Part shown: positions 1 to 7,968 of the stretch, one piece after another
Numbering within the stretch: the stretch's first letter is position 1
How the letters are laid out: each line of letters begins with the position of its first letter
NCBI RefSeq assembly: GCF_003966335.1
Contig: NZ_CP034549.1
Location: 1,140,001 to 1,172,000 of the forward strand
Source of the DNA: Nonlabens ponticola
Lineage (GTDB): Bacteria > Bacteroidota > Bacteroidia > Flavobacteriales > Flavobacteriaceae
Reading direction: 5' to 3'
Length of the DNA: 32,000 nucleotides
Program-made: the position numbers and the translations under genes
The notes under the pieces: model-generated
Database searches by the model: none
What the model was told of the DNA's origin: nothing
Seen by the model: only the letters and a program-made list of their open reading frames with translations

Positions 1-1
1 G

Positions 2-838
2 GCTAGCGTCATGGGCGTTGACGGTACTGCCAAAACCATTATAGGTGTATGTATAGCGGTGCTGGTAGGTATTGTGATCGTTGGTGGTCTGAAGGGTATC
101 GCAAAGGTTACAGATAAGGTCGTCCCATCCATGGCAGGTCTTTATATAGTGATGTGTTTGATTGTTGTGATCGTTAATATTGGTAGTGTGGGCGATGCCT
201 TTGGTCTCATTATCGATGGTGCCTTTCAATCAGACGCTATCTACGGTGGTGTGTTGGGTGTAATGGTATTAGGTTTCCAGAGAGCGGCATTTTCAAATGA
301 GGCTGGATTGGGATCTGCGTCCATAGCACACTCTGCAGCAAAGACAAATCACCCAGTGGCCGAAGGTTTTGTAGCCCTACTAGAACCATTTATTGACACA
401 GTAGTTGTTTGTACGCTCACAGCATTAGTATTGATTTTCACAGGCGTTTATGCTGATCCATCAGCTCAAGGATCTGCGCTGACTGCGATCGCATTCTCGC
501 AAGTAATCCCAGGAGCAGATTACTTATTGACCATAGCAATTTTCTTATTTGCATTCTCTACAATTTTGACATGGTCCTATTACGGTGTCAAGGCAGCTCA
601 AAGTATTTTTGGAGCCAAGAAGGTAGTGAGTATTGTTTTCAAGATTGTTTTCTTACTTACCGTGGTCTTAGGAGCTTCCATAGGATTGGGAGCCGTAATT
701 GACTTTGCAGATATGATGTTCTTGACGCTGGCCATACCTAACTTGATAGGTCTTTACATGATGTCGGGTGGCGTTGCTAAGGATCTCAAAACGTACTTTA
801 GCAAGGTTAAGTCTGGTGAGATACCGCAGACTAATTAA
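2..838 (+). CDS. alanine/glycine:cation symporter (AGCS family), C-terminal part; the 5' end lies upstream of the window
   Basis: The frame is open from base 2 with no upstream stop. The product is a multi-pass hydrophobic protein with the AGCS-like stretch FQRAAFSNEAGLGSASIAHSAAKTNHPVAEGFVALLEPFIDT. Stop at 836-838. Confidence 0.85.
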   Translation, partial: ASVMGVDGTAKTIIGVCIAVLVGIVIVGGLKGIAKVTDKVVPSMAGLYIVMCLIVVIVNIGSVGDAFGLIIDGAFQSDAIYGGVLGVMVLGFQRAAFSNEAGLGSASIAHSAAKTNHPVAEGFVALLEPFIDTVVVCTLTALVLIFTGVYADPSAQGSALTAIAFSQVIPGADYLLTIAIFLFAFSTILTWSYYGVKAAQSIFGAKKVVSIVFKIVFLLTVVLGASIGLGAVIDFADMMFLTLAIPNLIGLYMMSGGVAKDLKTYFSKVKSGEIPQTN

Positions 839-846
839 TAAATGAC

Positions 847-1698
847 ATGAATAAATTTAAATCCCTCTTTTTGTTTCATAGGAGACAGCAAAGAGGGATT
901 TTTGTATTAGTAATTATCCTAGTTATCCTTTTAGGATTTAAGTGGTATCAGTCGCAACAACCACTAGAGCCATTAGCGATTGTAGATAATAGCAAGTTTC
1001 AAAAGCAAGTGGATTCCTTAAAGCAAATCGCTGCTAGGAAACGTGATACGATTTATCCTTTCAATCCCAATTACATCACAGATTATCGTGGGTACAAATT
1101 AGGATTGAGTGTTCAAGAGTTGGATAGATTGTCACGCTTTCGCGAAAGCGGAGACTTCATAAACTCTACCGCACAATTCCAGCAAGTAACTCAAGTCAAT
1201 CAACAGTGGCTGGATAGCATCTCACCATACTTTAAATTTCCTGCGTGGGTTACACAGAAGAGTCAACCTAGATATTCCAATAATTATCGTGCGATAAAGG
1301 TCATGGATATCAATCGTGCAACTGCTGATGATCTCAAAAAGGTTTATGGGATAGGTCCTGCATTATCAGGACGTATCATCAAAGAACGTGAGAGATTGGG
1401 TGGATTTATAGATTTTATGCAGGTACGTGGCGTGTACGGCTTGAGTGATTCTACCATGATCAAGGTGAAGGAGAGTTTTACATTATCGCCTAAGAGCGGC
1501 TTCAAAAAAATGGCGTTAAATACGGCAACTAGCGATGAGCTGTTAAGCGTACCTTATTTCAACGACTATCTAGTTGATGCGTTACTCAAGCAAAGAGCAC
1601 TTAGAGAACGTTTTAATAACTGGGATGAGGTGATGCTTACATCACGTTTCCCACAAGAGAAATTATCACTAATACAGCTATATTTGACGCTGGATTAA
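847..1698 (+). CDS. ComEA-like helix-hairpin-helix DNA-binding protein with an N-terminal membrane anchor
   Basis: 283 aa. Has an N-terminal TM segment (GIFVLVIILVILLGF) and two HhH-like segments (DINRATADDLKKVYGIGPALSGRIIKERERLGGF and LNTATSDELLSVPYFNDYLVDALLKQR). Confidence 0.7.
   Translation: MNKFKSLFLFHRRQQRGIFVLVIILVILLGFKWYQSQQPLEPLAIVDNSKFQKQVDSLKQIAARKRDTIYPFNPNYITDYRGYKLGLSVQELDRLSRFRESGDFINSTAQFQQVTQVNQQWLDSISPYFKFPAWVTQKSQPRYSNNYRAIKVMDINRATADDLKKVYGIGPALSGRIIKERERLGGFIDFMQVRGVYGLSDSTMIKVKESFTLSPKSGFKKMALNTATSDELLSVPYFNDYLVDALLKQRALRERFNNWDEVMLTSRFPQEKLSLIQLYLTLD
1135..1150. repeat. 16-nt perfect palindrome CGCTTTCGCGAAAGCG inside the ComEA-like CDS
   Basis: Read directly from the sequence. 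Translated in-frame as R-F-R-E-S-G. Belongs to the 8-copy palindrome family. Confidence 0.9.
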
Positions 1699-1715
1699 AA
1701 AGAACCAATTACCCT

Positions 1716-2885
1716 ATGTATCAATCATATTTTAGTGAAGAGCACAACGCCTTCAGACAAAGTTTCAGAGATTTTTTAAATAAGGAAGCCGTTCCTCACA
1801 TCGATCGATGGGAAGAGACTGGCCAGATAGATCGAGAGATTTTTGAGAAGATGGGTGAGATGGGCTACTTTGGATTATACTATCCAGAAAAATATGGTGG
1901 TCTGGATCTTGATTTCTTCTATACCGTAATCTTTCTTGAAGAAATGCAGCGCATCAATTCTGGTGGTTTTGCAGCAGCTATGTGGGTACAAGCATTTCTA
2001 GGTGCGCAGCACTTACTTAAAGAAGGCGATGAGCGTATCAAACAGGAATACCTCGTTCCTACACTTACAGGTGAGAAAATAGGATGTTTAGGAATTACCG
2101 AGCCATTTGGCGGTAGTGACGTGGCAGGAATGCGTACCACAGCGGTTAAAGATGGTGATGAATGGGTCATTAATGGCTCAAAAACATTTATTACAAATGG
2201 TGTTTACAGTGACTATCTAGTTATAGCTGCCAAGACAGATCCAGAGGCAAAAGGTCGTGGTATCAGCATCTTTGTTATGGACCGCGAGACACCAGGAATA
2301 AGCGCTACAAAACTTAACAAGCTAGGCTGGAGAGCGAGCGACACTGGCGAGATAGGATTCAATAATGTGCGAATTCCAGCTGAAAATCTCATGGGTGAGC
2401 AAGGCAAAGGCTTTCCGTACATTATGCAGCACTTTGCGCTAGAGAGACTTATTATGGGTATTAATTCACACGCTCGTGCAGAGTATGCGATTGAATACAC
2501 TATAGGCTATATGAAGGAGCGATCGGCTTTCGGACAATCATTAGATAAATATCAAGCGCTGCGCCACAAGCTGGCAGACATGATGAGTGAAGTTGAGATG
2601 GCAAAGTGCTTTAACTACAATATCGCTGCCGAGCTGGACAAAGGACTCTATCCAGTAAAAGAGGCCAGCATGTCAAAACTTGTTAGCACAAAAATTGCTG
2701 ACGAGACAATCAACAGTTGCTTACAATTTCTAGGTGGTTACGGCTACATAGAGGAATATCCACTAGCACGCATGTTGCGCGACAGTAGATTGGGACCAAT
2801 TGGAGGTGGTACAAGCGAGATTATGAGAGAAATTATTGCCAAAATGACGATCGATGGCAAGGATTATAAGCCTGCTGCAAAATAG
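1716..2885 (+). CDS. acyl-CoA dehydrogenase
   Basis: 389 aa. ACAD hallmarks are present: GCLGITEPFGGSDVAGMRTTA, WVINGSKTFITNG, and C-terminal GGYGYIEEYPLARMLRDSRLGPIGGGTSEIMREIIAK. Confidence 0.9.
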   Translation: MYQSYFSEEHNAFRQSFRDFLNKEAVPHIDRWEETGQIDREIFEKMGEMGYFGLYYPEKYGGLDLDFFYTVIFLEEMQRINSGGFAAAMWVQAFLGAQHLLKEGDERIKQEYLVPTLTGEKIGCLGITEPFGGSDVAGMRTTAVKDGDEWVINGSKTFITNGVYSDYLVIAAKTDPEAKGRGISIFVMDRETPGISATKLNKLGWRASDTGEIGFNNVRIPAENLMGEQGKGFPYIMQHFALERLIMGINSHARAEYAIEYTIGYMKERSAFGQSLDKYQALRHKLADMMSEVEMAKCFNYNIAAELDKGLYPVKEASMSKLVSTKIADETINSCLQFLGGYGYIEEYPLARMLRDSRLGPIGGGTSEIMREIIAKMTIDGKDYKPAAK

Positions 2886-2921
2886 GAATTTTGCGATAAC
2901 GTTTTCGTAGTTTGAATTATC

Positions 2922-2950
2922 AAATCCTTAGTTTTTACTAGGGATTTTTT
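2922..2950 (+). terminator. rho-independent terminator after the acyl-CoA dehydrogenase gene
   Basis: Stem AAATCCTTAG (2922-2931) pairs with CTAGGGATTT (2938-2947), including one G-U pair. The loop is 6 nt and the stem runs into a T-tract ending at 2950. Confidence 0.6.
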
Positions 2951-2986
2951 ACATTATGGTAGTAATTAACCCCTTAAACTAGCATA

Positions 2987-4351
2987 ATGAAAAAATTTAG
3001 GCTTCATTTTTTATTTCTATTTGCAGTTTTCGGACTGCTCTCATGCTCTGAAGATATTGAGGAACTAGAAGAAAGTACACAATTAAATCAACCTGTTGTA
3101 GAAAGTAAGGCAGCCAGCCCCAATGGTGTTATGATGCAAGCATTTTACTGGGACGTTCCTGCTGGAGGAACCTGGTGGAACACGATTAAAGGCAAGGTGC
3201 CAGCGTGGTCAAATGCTGGAATTAACGCTATCTGGCTACCGCCAGCTTCTAAGGCTCAAAACGGCGGTTATTCCATGGGATATGATCCTTTTGACTACTT
3301 CGATTTTGGACAGTATAATCAAATGGGAAGTACGCAGACACGCTTTGGATCTAAGAGCGAATTAACTAGCTTGATTACCAAAGCACACCAAAATAACATA
3401 AACGTTTATGCGGATATTGTTCTTAATCACAACAGTGGTGGTGCGCTAGAGTATAATAATTTTGCTGGCAGCAATACCTATACAGACTATGCACCAGCAT
3501 CAGGTATGTTCTATAGGTCTCAATATGATTTTCACCCTAATGATTATCATCACAATGACTCTGGAAAATTTGGTGGGTTTGCAGATTTGTGCCATCATAA
3601 AGGTTATGTTCAAGATCAATTGTACCGTAACTCCAACAGTGTTGCAAAATATTATAAGAACGTGATGAAGTTTGATGGCTGGAGATTTGACTATGTAAAA
3701 GGTTTTGAACCTTGGGTCATTCAAGAGTGGAATAGGAATGCTGGCGGTTTTAGCGTTGGTGAACTTTGGGACGGTAATGCTGCTACTCTGGAAAATTGGG
3801 TGAATCAATCAGGTAGTAGTGCTTTTGACTTTGCGTGTTATTACCGTATGAAAGATGCTTTTCAGGGAAACAATTTATCTCTGCTCAATGGTGATATGTT
3901 ATTAAAGCGCAACCCTGGCAAAGCGGTGACTTTTGTAGCAAATCATGATACTGACGAGATTTTTAATAACAAATTGTTGGCGTATGCCTACATTTTAACG
4001 CATGAAGGATATCCAACTATGTTTTATAGCGATTACGAATCGTGGTTAGATAAAAATAAACTCAATAATTTAATCTGGATTCATAACAATCTGGCTGGTG
4101 GTACGACTAGCTATCTTCATGCTGACAATGATGAGTATGTGGCACGTCGCAATGGATATAACAATAATGGTATCATAGTTTATCTCAACATCAGCAACTC
4201 GTACAAGGAACGCTGGGTTCAGACAAATTGGGGATCACGTCGTATAAAGGATTACACGGGTAATTCTAATTGGGAGCCAGTAACCCAAGGTAATGGTTGG
4301 GTAAAGATCCAGGTACCACCTAATAGTTATACTGTGTGGTCTGTAAAATAA
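2987..4351 (+). CDS. GH13 alpha-amylase, predicted lipoprotein
   Basis: 454 aa. Signal peptide with lipobox (FGLLSC). The four GH13 conserved regions are visible: DIVLNH, GWRFDYVKG, VGELWD and FVANHD. The N-terminus reads MMQAFYWDVP...GGYSMGYDPFDYFDFG. Confidence 0.9.
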   Translation: MKKFRLHFLFLFAVFGLLSCSEDIEELEESTQLNQPVVESKAASPNGVMMQAFYWDVPAGGTWWNTIKGKVPAWSNAGINAIWLPPASKAQNGGYSMGYDPFDYFDFGQYNQMGSTQTRFGSKSELTSLITKAHQNNINVYADIVLNHNSGGALEYNNFAGSNTYTDYAPASGMFYRSQYDFHPNDYHHNDSGKFGGFADLCHHKGYVQDQLYRNSNSVAKYYKNVMKFDGWRFDYVKGFEPWVIQEWNRNAGGFSVGELWDGNAATLENWVNQSGSSAFDFACYYRMKDAFQGNNLSLLNGDMLLKRNPGKAVTFVANHDTDEIFNNKLLAYAYILTHEGYPTMFYSDYESWLDKNKLNNLIWIHNNLAGGTTSYLHADNDEYVARRNGYNNNGIIVYLNISNSYKERWVQTNWGSRRIKDYTGNSNWEPVTQGNGWVKIQVPPNSYTVWSVK

Positions 4352-4362
4352 TATTGTTGATG

Positions 4363-4386
4363 ATTACGCTTTCGCGAAAGCGTAAT
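4363..4386. repeat. 24-nt perfect palindrome ATTACGCTTTCGCGAAAGCGTAAT, 12 nt after the amylase stop
   Basis: The reverse complement of 4363-4374 equals 4375-4386 exactly. This is the longest member of the palindrome family. Confidence 0.9.
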
Positions 4387-4393
4387 AAATAAC

Positions 4394-4422
4394 TTGCAAT
4401 TAAAGATATTTATGTATTTTTG
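4394..4422 (+). promoter_or_regulatory. candidate Bacteroidetes-type sigma-A promoter for rpsU
   Basis: TTG at 4394-4396 and TATTTTTG (matches TAnnTTTG) at 4415-4422, 18 nt apart. It lies about 30 nt upstream of the rpsU start. Confidence 0.5.
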
Positions 4423-4433
4423 CCGTCCCAAAG

Positions 4434-4445
4434 AAAGGAGGTGAT
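4434..4445 (+). promoter_or_regulatory. extended Shine-Dalgarno sequence AAAGGAGGTGAT upstream of rpsU
   Basis: AAGGAGGTGAT is complementary to the canonical 16S 3' end (complement UAAGGAGGUGAUC). The GGAGG core at 4437-4441 is 10 nt before the ATG at 4452. I saw no comparable SD before the other starts I checked (tuf, rpoB, rpoC and the giant gene). Confidence 0.8.
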
Positions 4446-4451
4446 GACACT

Positions 4452-4646
4452 ATGTTAATTATACCAGTTAAAGACGGAGAAAATATCGATAGAGCCCTGA
4501 AGCGTTTCAAACGTAAATTTGATCGCACAGGAAAAATGCGCGAATTGCGCAGACGTCAGCAATTTACAAAACCGTCAGTTGCAAAACGTGCTCAAAAAAT
4601 CAAAGCAGAATACATTCAGCACTTAAGAGATCAAGAGAATATCTAG
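4452..4646 (+). CDS. rpsU: 30S ribosomal protein S21 (bS21)
   Basis: 64 aa, basic. MLIIPVKDGENIDRALKRFKRKFDRTGKMRELRRRQQFTKPS is a typical bS21 sequence. Confidence 0.95.
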   Translation: MLIIPVKDGENIDRALKRFKRKFDRTGKMRELRRRQQFTKPSVAKRAQKIKAEYIQHLRDQENI

Positions 4647-4672
4647 ATCATAAGTAAAGAATTTTAACAAAG

Positions 4673-4711
4673 CGATCAGGTAAAATCTTATTTTTATCTG
4701 ATCGTTTTTTT
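4673..4711 (+). terminator. candidate rho-independent terminator after rpsU
   Basis: CGATCAG (4673-4679) pairs with CTGATCG (4698-4704), followed by T7 (4705-4711). The 18-nt loop is large, so this is only moderate support. Confidence 0.45.
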
Positions 4712-5605
4712 ATGCAAGAAAGTCAATTTGAAAAATATCTGAGACTAGAAAGACAATATAGTGTCCATACAGTAGAGGCTTACAGTAATGATGTTGCACA
4801 GTTCCTTGATTTTGTCACAGAAAATTTTGAAACAGATGCTGCACAGGTCAATTATCCTATGGTGAGGAGTTGGCTTGCTGTACTATTAGAGCAGCAGGTA
4901 AGTAATCGTAGCATCAACCGTAAGATGTCGTCCCTCAAGACTTATTTCAAATACTTGCAACTCAGCGGCATTGTCGACAGCAACGTCATGAATAAGCACA
5001 AGAGTTTGAAAGTTAATAATAACATTCAAACGCCCATGTCACCAGACGAGATTAAAAGTCTCTTATCACAACCAATAGATGAAACAGACTTTACCGCCGT
5101 GCGCGATAGATGTGTCATGGAACTATTATACACCGCTGGCCTGCGACGAGCAGAGCTCATTTCATTGACAATTGCTTCTATTGATCATCAAAAAAAGCAG
5201 TTGATTGTAAACGGTAAGCGCAACAAGCAGCGATTGATACCGCTGCTTCCTTCAATGCTAGAAAGGATTAATAATTACAAGGTACTGCGGGAACTCCATT
5301 ATTCCTCAAGCACCGTTCAGGAATTGTTTATCACTTCAAAAGGCAAACCGATTTATCCTACATTGCTATATAGAATTGTGACTACACAACTAAAAAGCAT
5401 AAGTAGCAAGACCAAAGTAAGTCCTCATATCTTAAGGCATACGTTTGCCACTCATTTAATCAATAATGGCGCAGAGCTTAATGGAGTAAAGGAGTTGTTG
5501 GGTCATGCTAGTTTGGCAAGCACACAAGTCTATACTCATTCCAGTATGGAAGCGCTCAAGAAAGTTCACGCACTGGCTCATCCACGCAATAATAAGAAAC
5601 GGTAA
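4712..5605 (+). CDS. tyrosine site-specific recombinase, XerC/XerD family
   Basis: 297 aa. N-terminal SAM-like core-binding domain. The catalytic residues are present in LYTAGLRRAEL, HILRHTFATHL and LLGHASLASTQVYTH. Confidence 0.85.
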   Translation: MQESQFEKYLRLERQYSVHTVEAYSNDVAQFLDFVTENFETDAAQVNYPMVRSWLAVLLEQQVSNRSINRKMSSLKTYFKYLQLSGIVDSNVMNKHKSLKVNNNIQTPMSPDEIKSLLSQPIDETDFTAVRDRCVMELLYTAGLRRAELISLTIASIDHQKKQLIVNGKRNKQRLIPLLPSMLERINNYKVLRELHYSSSTVQELFITSKGKPIYPTLLYRIVTTQLKSISSKTKVSPHILRHTFATHLINNGAELNGVKELLGHASLASTQVYTHSSMEALKKVHALAHPRNNKKR

Positions 5606-5669
5606 GTCACCTTAATCTGGAGTCTTTGACTGTAGATGTAAGTCATTTAAAATTTTACTTATAATTTTT

Positions 5670-5698
5670 TTGGTAATTAAAAAATAGGCTTACATTTG
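5670..5698 (+). promoter_or_regulatory. candidate Bacteroidetes-type promoter for the tRNA-tuf operon
   Basis: (T)TTG ends at 5672 and TACATTTG (TAnnTTTG) is at 5691-5698. The 18-nt spacing matches the rpsU candidate. It lies about 50 nt upstream of the first tRNA. Confidence 0.5.
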
Positions 5699-5747
5699 CA
5701 GTCCGTTAGAAATAACGGAATTTTTGGTGCCTTAAATTGTACCATAA

Positions 5748-5821
5748 GCCGATGTAGCTCAGCTGGCTAGAGCAGCTGATTTGTAATCAGCAGGTCGTGG
5801 GTTCGAGTCCCTCCATCGGCT
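5748..5821 (+). tRNA. tRNA-Thr (anticodon UGU)
   Basis: Cloverleaf folded by hand. Acceptor GCCGATG/CATCGGC, anticodon stem GCTGA/TCAGC, loop TTTGTAA, T-loop GGTTCGAGTCC. CCA is not encoded. Confidence 0.95.
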
Positions 5822-5853
5822 CAAGTTTTTTGAAAAATTGAATTAATTAATTT

Positions 5854-5934
5854 GGGGAGATACTCAAGCGGCCAACGAGGACGGACTGTAACTCCGTTGG
5901 GAAACCTTCGCAGGTTCGAATCCTGCTCTCCCCA
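5854..5934 (+). tRNA. tRNA-Tyr (anticodon GUA), long variable arm
   Basis: Acceptor GGGGAGA/TCTCCCC, anticodon stem ACGGA/TCCGT, loop CTGTAAC, long variable arm, T-loop GGTTCGAATCC. Confidence 0.95.
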
Positions 5935-5970
5935 CTTTTTTAATTACTGTGCCGATTTATTGGTGCAATT

Positions 5971-6043
5971 GCGAGAGTAGCTCAGTTGGTAGAGCGTCAG
6001 CCTTCCAAGCTGAATGTCGCCGGTTCGAACCCGGTCTCTCGCT
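5971..6043 (+). tRNA. tRNA-Gly (anticodon UCC)
   Basis: Acceptor GCGAGAG/CTCTCGC, anticodon stem TCAGC/GCTGA, loop CTTCCAA, T-loop GGTTCGAACCC. Confidence 0.95.
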
Positions 6044-6098
6044 CAAAATAGAGTAATGCCTTTCTTGATTTTAGAATGATAAAGTCATGAAAAAACAG

Positions 6099-6170
6099 GC
6101 CGGTGTAGCTCAGGGGTAGAGCGTTTCCTTGGTAAGGAAGAGGTCACGAGTTCAAATCTCGTCATTGGCT
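6099..6170 (+). tRNA. tRNA-Thr (anticodon GGU)
   Basis: Acceptor GCCGGTG/CATTGGC with two G-U pairs, anticodon stem TTTCC/GGAAG, loop TTGGTAA, T-loop AGTTCAAATCT. Confidence 0.9.
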
Positions 6171-6287
6171 CAAAAGTATTGAAGAAAAAAATAGGTCTTT
6201 AGCGAGGCCATTTACAGTATAAGCTGATGTGGTTTGTAGCCAGTTGGTTTTAAATTGAAACACTAATATAAACTAAGATTATAAGTT

Positions 6288-7475
6288 ATGGCAAAAGAAA
6301 CGTACGATCGTTCGAAACCGCACCTTAACGTAGGTACCATTGGTCACGTTGACCACGGTAAGACTACGCTTACTGCTGCAATCACTAAGGTTCTTGCTGA
6401 TGCTGGTTTTTCTTCAGCAACAAGTTTTGACCAAATTGACAACGCTCCTGAAGAAAAAGAGCGTGGTATTACAATTAACTCTTCACACGTTGAGTATCAA
6501 ACAGAAAACAGACACTACGCACACGTAGATTGTCCTGGTCACGCCGATTATGTAAAAAACATGGTAACAGGTGCTGCTCAAATGGACGGTGCTATTCTTG
6601 TAGTTGCTGCAACTGATGGGCCAATGCCACAAACACGTGAGCACATCCTTCTAGGACGTCAGGTAGGTATTCCACGTATCGTTGTTTTCCTTAACAAGGT
6701 TGACATGGTAGATGATGAGGAGCTACTCGAGCTAGTTGACATGGAAGTACGTGATCTATTGAGTTTCTATGAGTATGACGGTGACAATGGTCCTGTTGTA
6801 TCTGGATCTGCACTAGGCGCACTTAATGGTGAGCAAAAGTGGGTTGACACAGTACTTGAATTGATGAAAGCCGTTGATGAGTGGATAGAAGAGCCGGTTC
6901 GTGATATGGACAAGCCTTTCTTGATGCCTATCGAGGACGTTTTCTCTATTACAGGTCGTGGTACTGTAGCAACTGGTCGTATTGAGACTGGTGTTGCTAA
7001 CACAGGTGATCCTGTTGAGATTATTGGTATGGGTGCTCAGAAGTTGAACTCTACTATTACAGGTATTGAGATGTTCCGTCAAATCCTTGATAGAGGTGAG
7101 GCTGGTGATAATGCGGGTATCCTATTGAGAGGTATTGAGAAGTCTCAAATCTCACGTGGTATGGTAATCACTAAGCCAGGATCAGTAACACCACACGCTA
7201 AGTTTAAAGCTGAGGTTTATATCTTGAAAAAAGAAGAAGGTGGACGTCACACTCCATTCCACAACAACTACCGTCCACAGTTCTACGTTCGTACAACTGA
7301 CGTGACAGGAAACATCAAGCTTCCTTCAGGTGTTGAAATGGTAATGCCAGGTGATAACCTTACTATCGAAGTTGATTTGATCCAACCTATTGCAATGAAC
7401 ATAGGCCTACGTTTTGCTATCCGTGAAGGTGGTAGAACAGTAGGTGCTGGTCAGGTTACTGAGATCCTAGACTAA
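6288..7475 (+). CDS. tuf: translation elongation factor Tu
   Basis: 395 aa. GTPase motifs [17 protein letters not shown] and NKVD are present, with full-length EF-Tu-like sequence. Confidence 0.99.
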   Translation: MAKETYDRSKPHLNVGTIGHVDHGKTTLTAAITKVLADAGFSSATSFDQIDNAPEEKERGITINSSHVEYQTENRHYAHVDCPGHADYVKNMVTGAAQMDGAILVVAATDGPMPQTREHILLGRQVGIPRIVVFLNKVDMVDDEELLELVDMEVRDLLSFYEYDGDNGPVVSGSALGALNGEQKWVDTVLELMKAVDEWIEEPVRDMDKPFLMPIEDVFSITGRGTVATGRIETGVANTGDPVEIIGMGAQKLNSTITGIEMFRQILDRGEAGDNAGILLRGIEKSQISRGMVITKPGSVTPHAKFKAEVYILKKEEGGRHTPFHNNYRPQFYVRTTDVTGNIKLPSGVEMVMPGDNLTIEVDLIQPIAMNIGLRFAIREGGRTVGAGQVTEILD

Positions 7476-7490
7476 GGAAATTAAATAAAT

Positions 7491-7530
7491 AAAGTATCCT
7501 GTTTAATCACGCAATTAGACAGGATACTTT
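7491..7530 (+). terminator. hairpin after tuf (candidate terminator or processing structure)
   Basis: 12-bp stem AAAGTATCCTGT (7491-7502) pairs with ACAGGATACTTT (7519-7530) around a 16-nt loop. The downstream T-tract (CCCTTTATTA) is weak. Confidence 0.5.
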
Positions 7531-7558
7531 CCCTTTATTAAGTGGGTTATAATAGTTG

Positions 7559-7574
7559 CGCTTTCGCGAAAGCG
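7559..7574. repeat. 16-nt perfect palindrome CGCTTTCGCGAAAGCG between tuf and tRNA-Trp
   Basis: Read directly. Same 16-mer as at 1135-1150. Confidence 0.9.
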
Positions 7575-7609
7575 GAATGATCAAACAAACATCCTGCTTC
7601 ATTAAGATT

Positions 7610-7682
7610 GCGGGTTTAGCTCAGTTGGTAGAGCACTGGTCTCCAAAACCAGGTGTCGGGAGTTCGAGCCTCTCAACCCGCG
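7610..7682 (+). tRNA. tRNA-Trp (anticodon CCA)
   Basis: Acceptor GCGGGTT/AACCCGC, anticodon stem CTGGT/ACCAG, loop CTCCAAA, T-loop AGTTCGAGCCT. Confidence 0.95.
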
Positions 7683-7761
7683 CAAATTTGAAGTCAGATA
7701 TTTACTTTACGTGATGTCTGATTGAGTAATGGACATTAAAGTTCAAACACGTTAAACGATT

Positions 7762-7959
7762 ATGGGATTAGCAACTTACATTAAAGAATCTTACAACGAA
7801 CTGGTTAATCATGTGACATGGCCTACATGGGCAGAGGCACAGAAGAACACAGTTACCGTTGCAGTGTTTTCTATCGTTTTTGCACTCATTATTTATGGTA
7901 TTGATACTGTATTCAGTACAGCGATTACCAACTACTTTGAATGGATTAAACAAGCTTAA
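7762..7959 (+). CDS. secE: preprotein translocase subunit SecE
   Basis: 65 aa with a single C-terminal TM helix (VTVAVFSIVFALIIYGIDTVF). Sits in the conserved position between tRNA-Trp and nusG. Confidence 0.9.
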   Translation: MGLATYIKESYNELVNHVTWPTWAEAQKNTVTVAVFSIVFALIIYGIDTVFSTAITNYFEWIKQA

Positions 7960-7968
7960 TACTACAAC

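Noticed and set aside
847-1698. A functional link between the ComEA-like gene and the abundant palindrome as a DNA uptake sequence.
   Set aside because: The adjacency is a single coincidence in one window, and ComEA binds DNA non-specifically in studied systems. I kept it only as one hypothesis to test under the palindrome finding, not as a claim.
4712-6170. A tyrosine recombinase next to a tRNA cluster as a possible integrase of a genomic island.
   Set aside because: Core genes (rpsU upstream, tRNA-tuf downstream) flank it on both sides. I found no duplicated tRNA 3' segment or att-like direct repeat. The protein looks like XerC/XerD rather than a phage integrase, and there is no cargo between it and the tRNAs.
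7683-7761. A possible hairpin or terminator between tRNA-Trp and secE (AGTCAGA...TCTGATT).
   Set aside because: Only about 5 bp can pair across a long loop and there is no T-tract. That is too weak to call.
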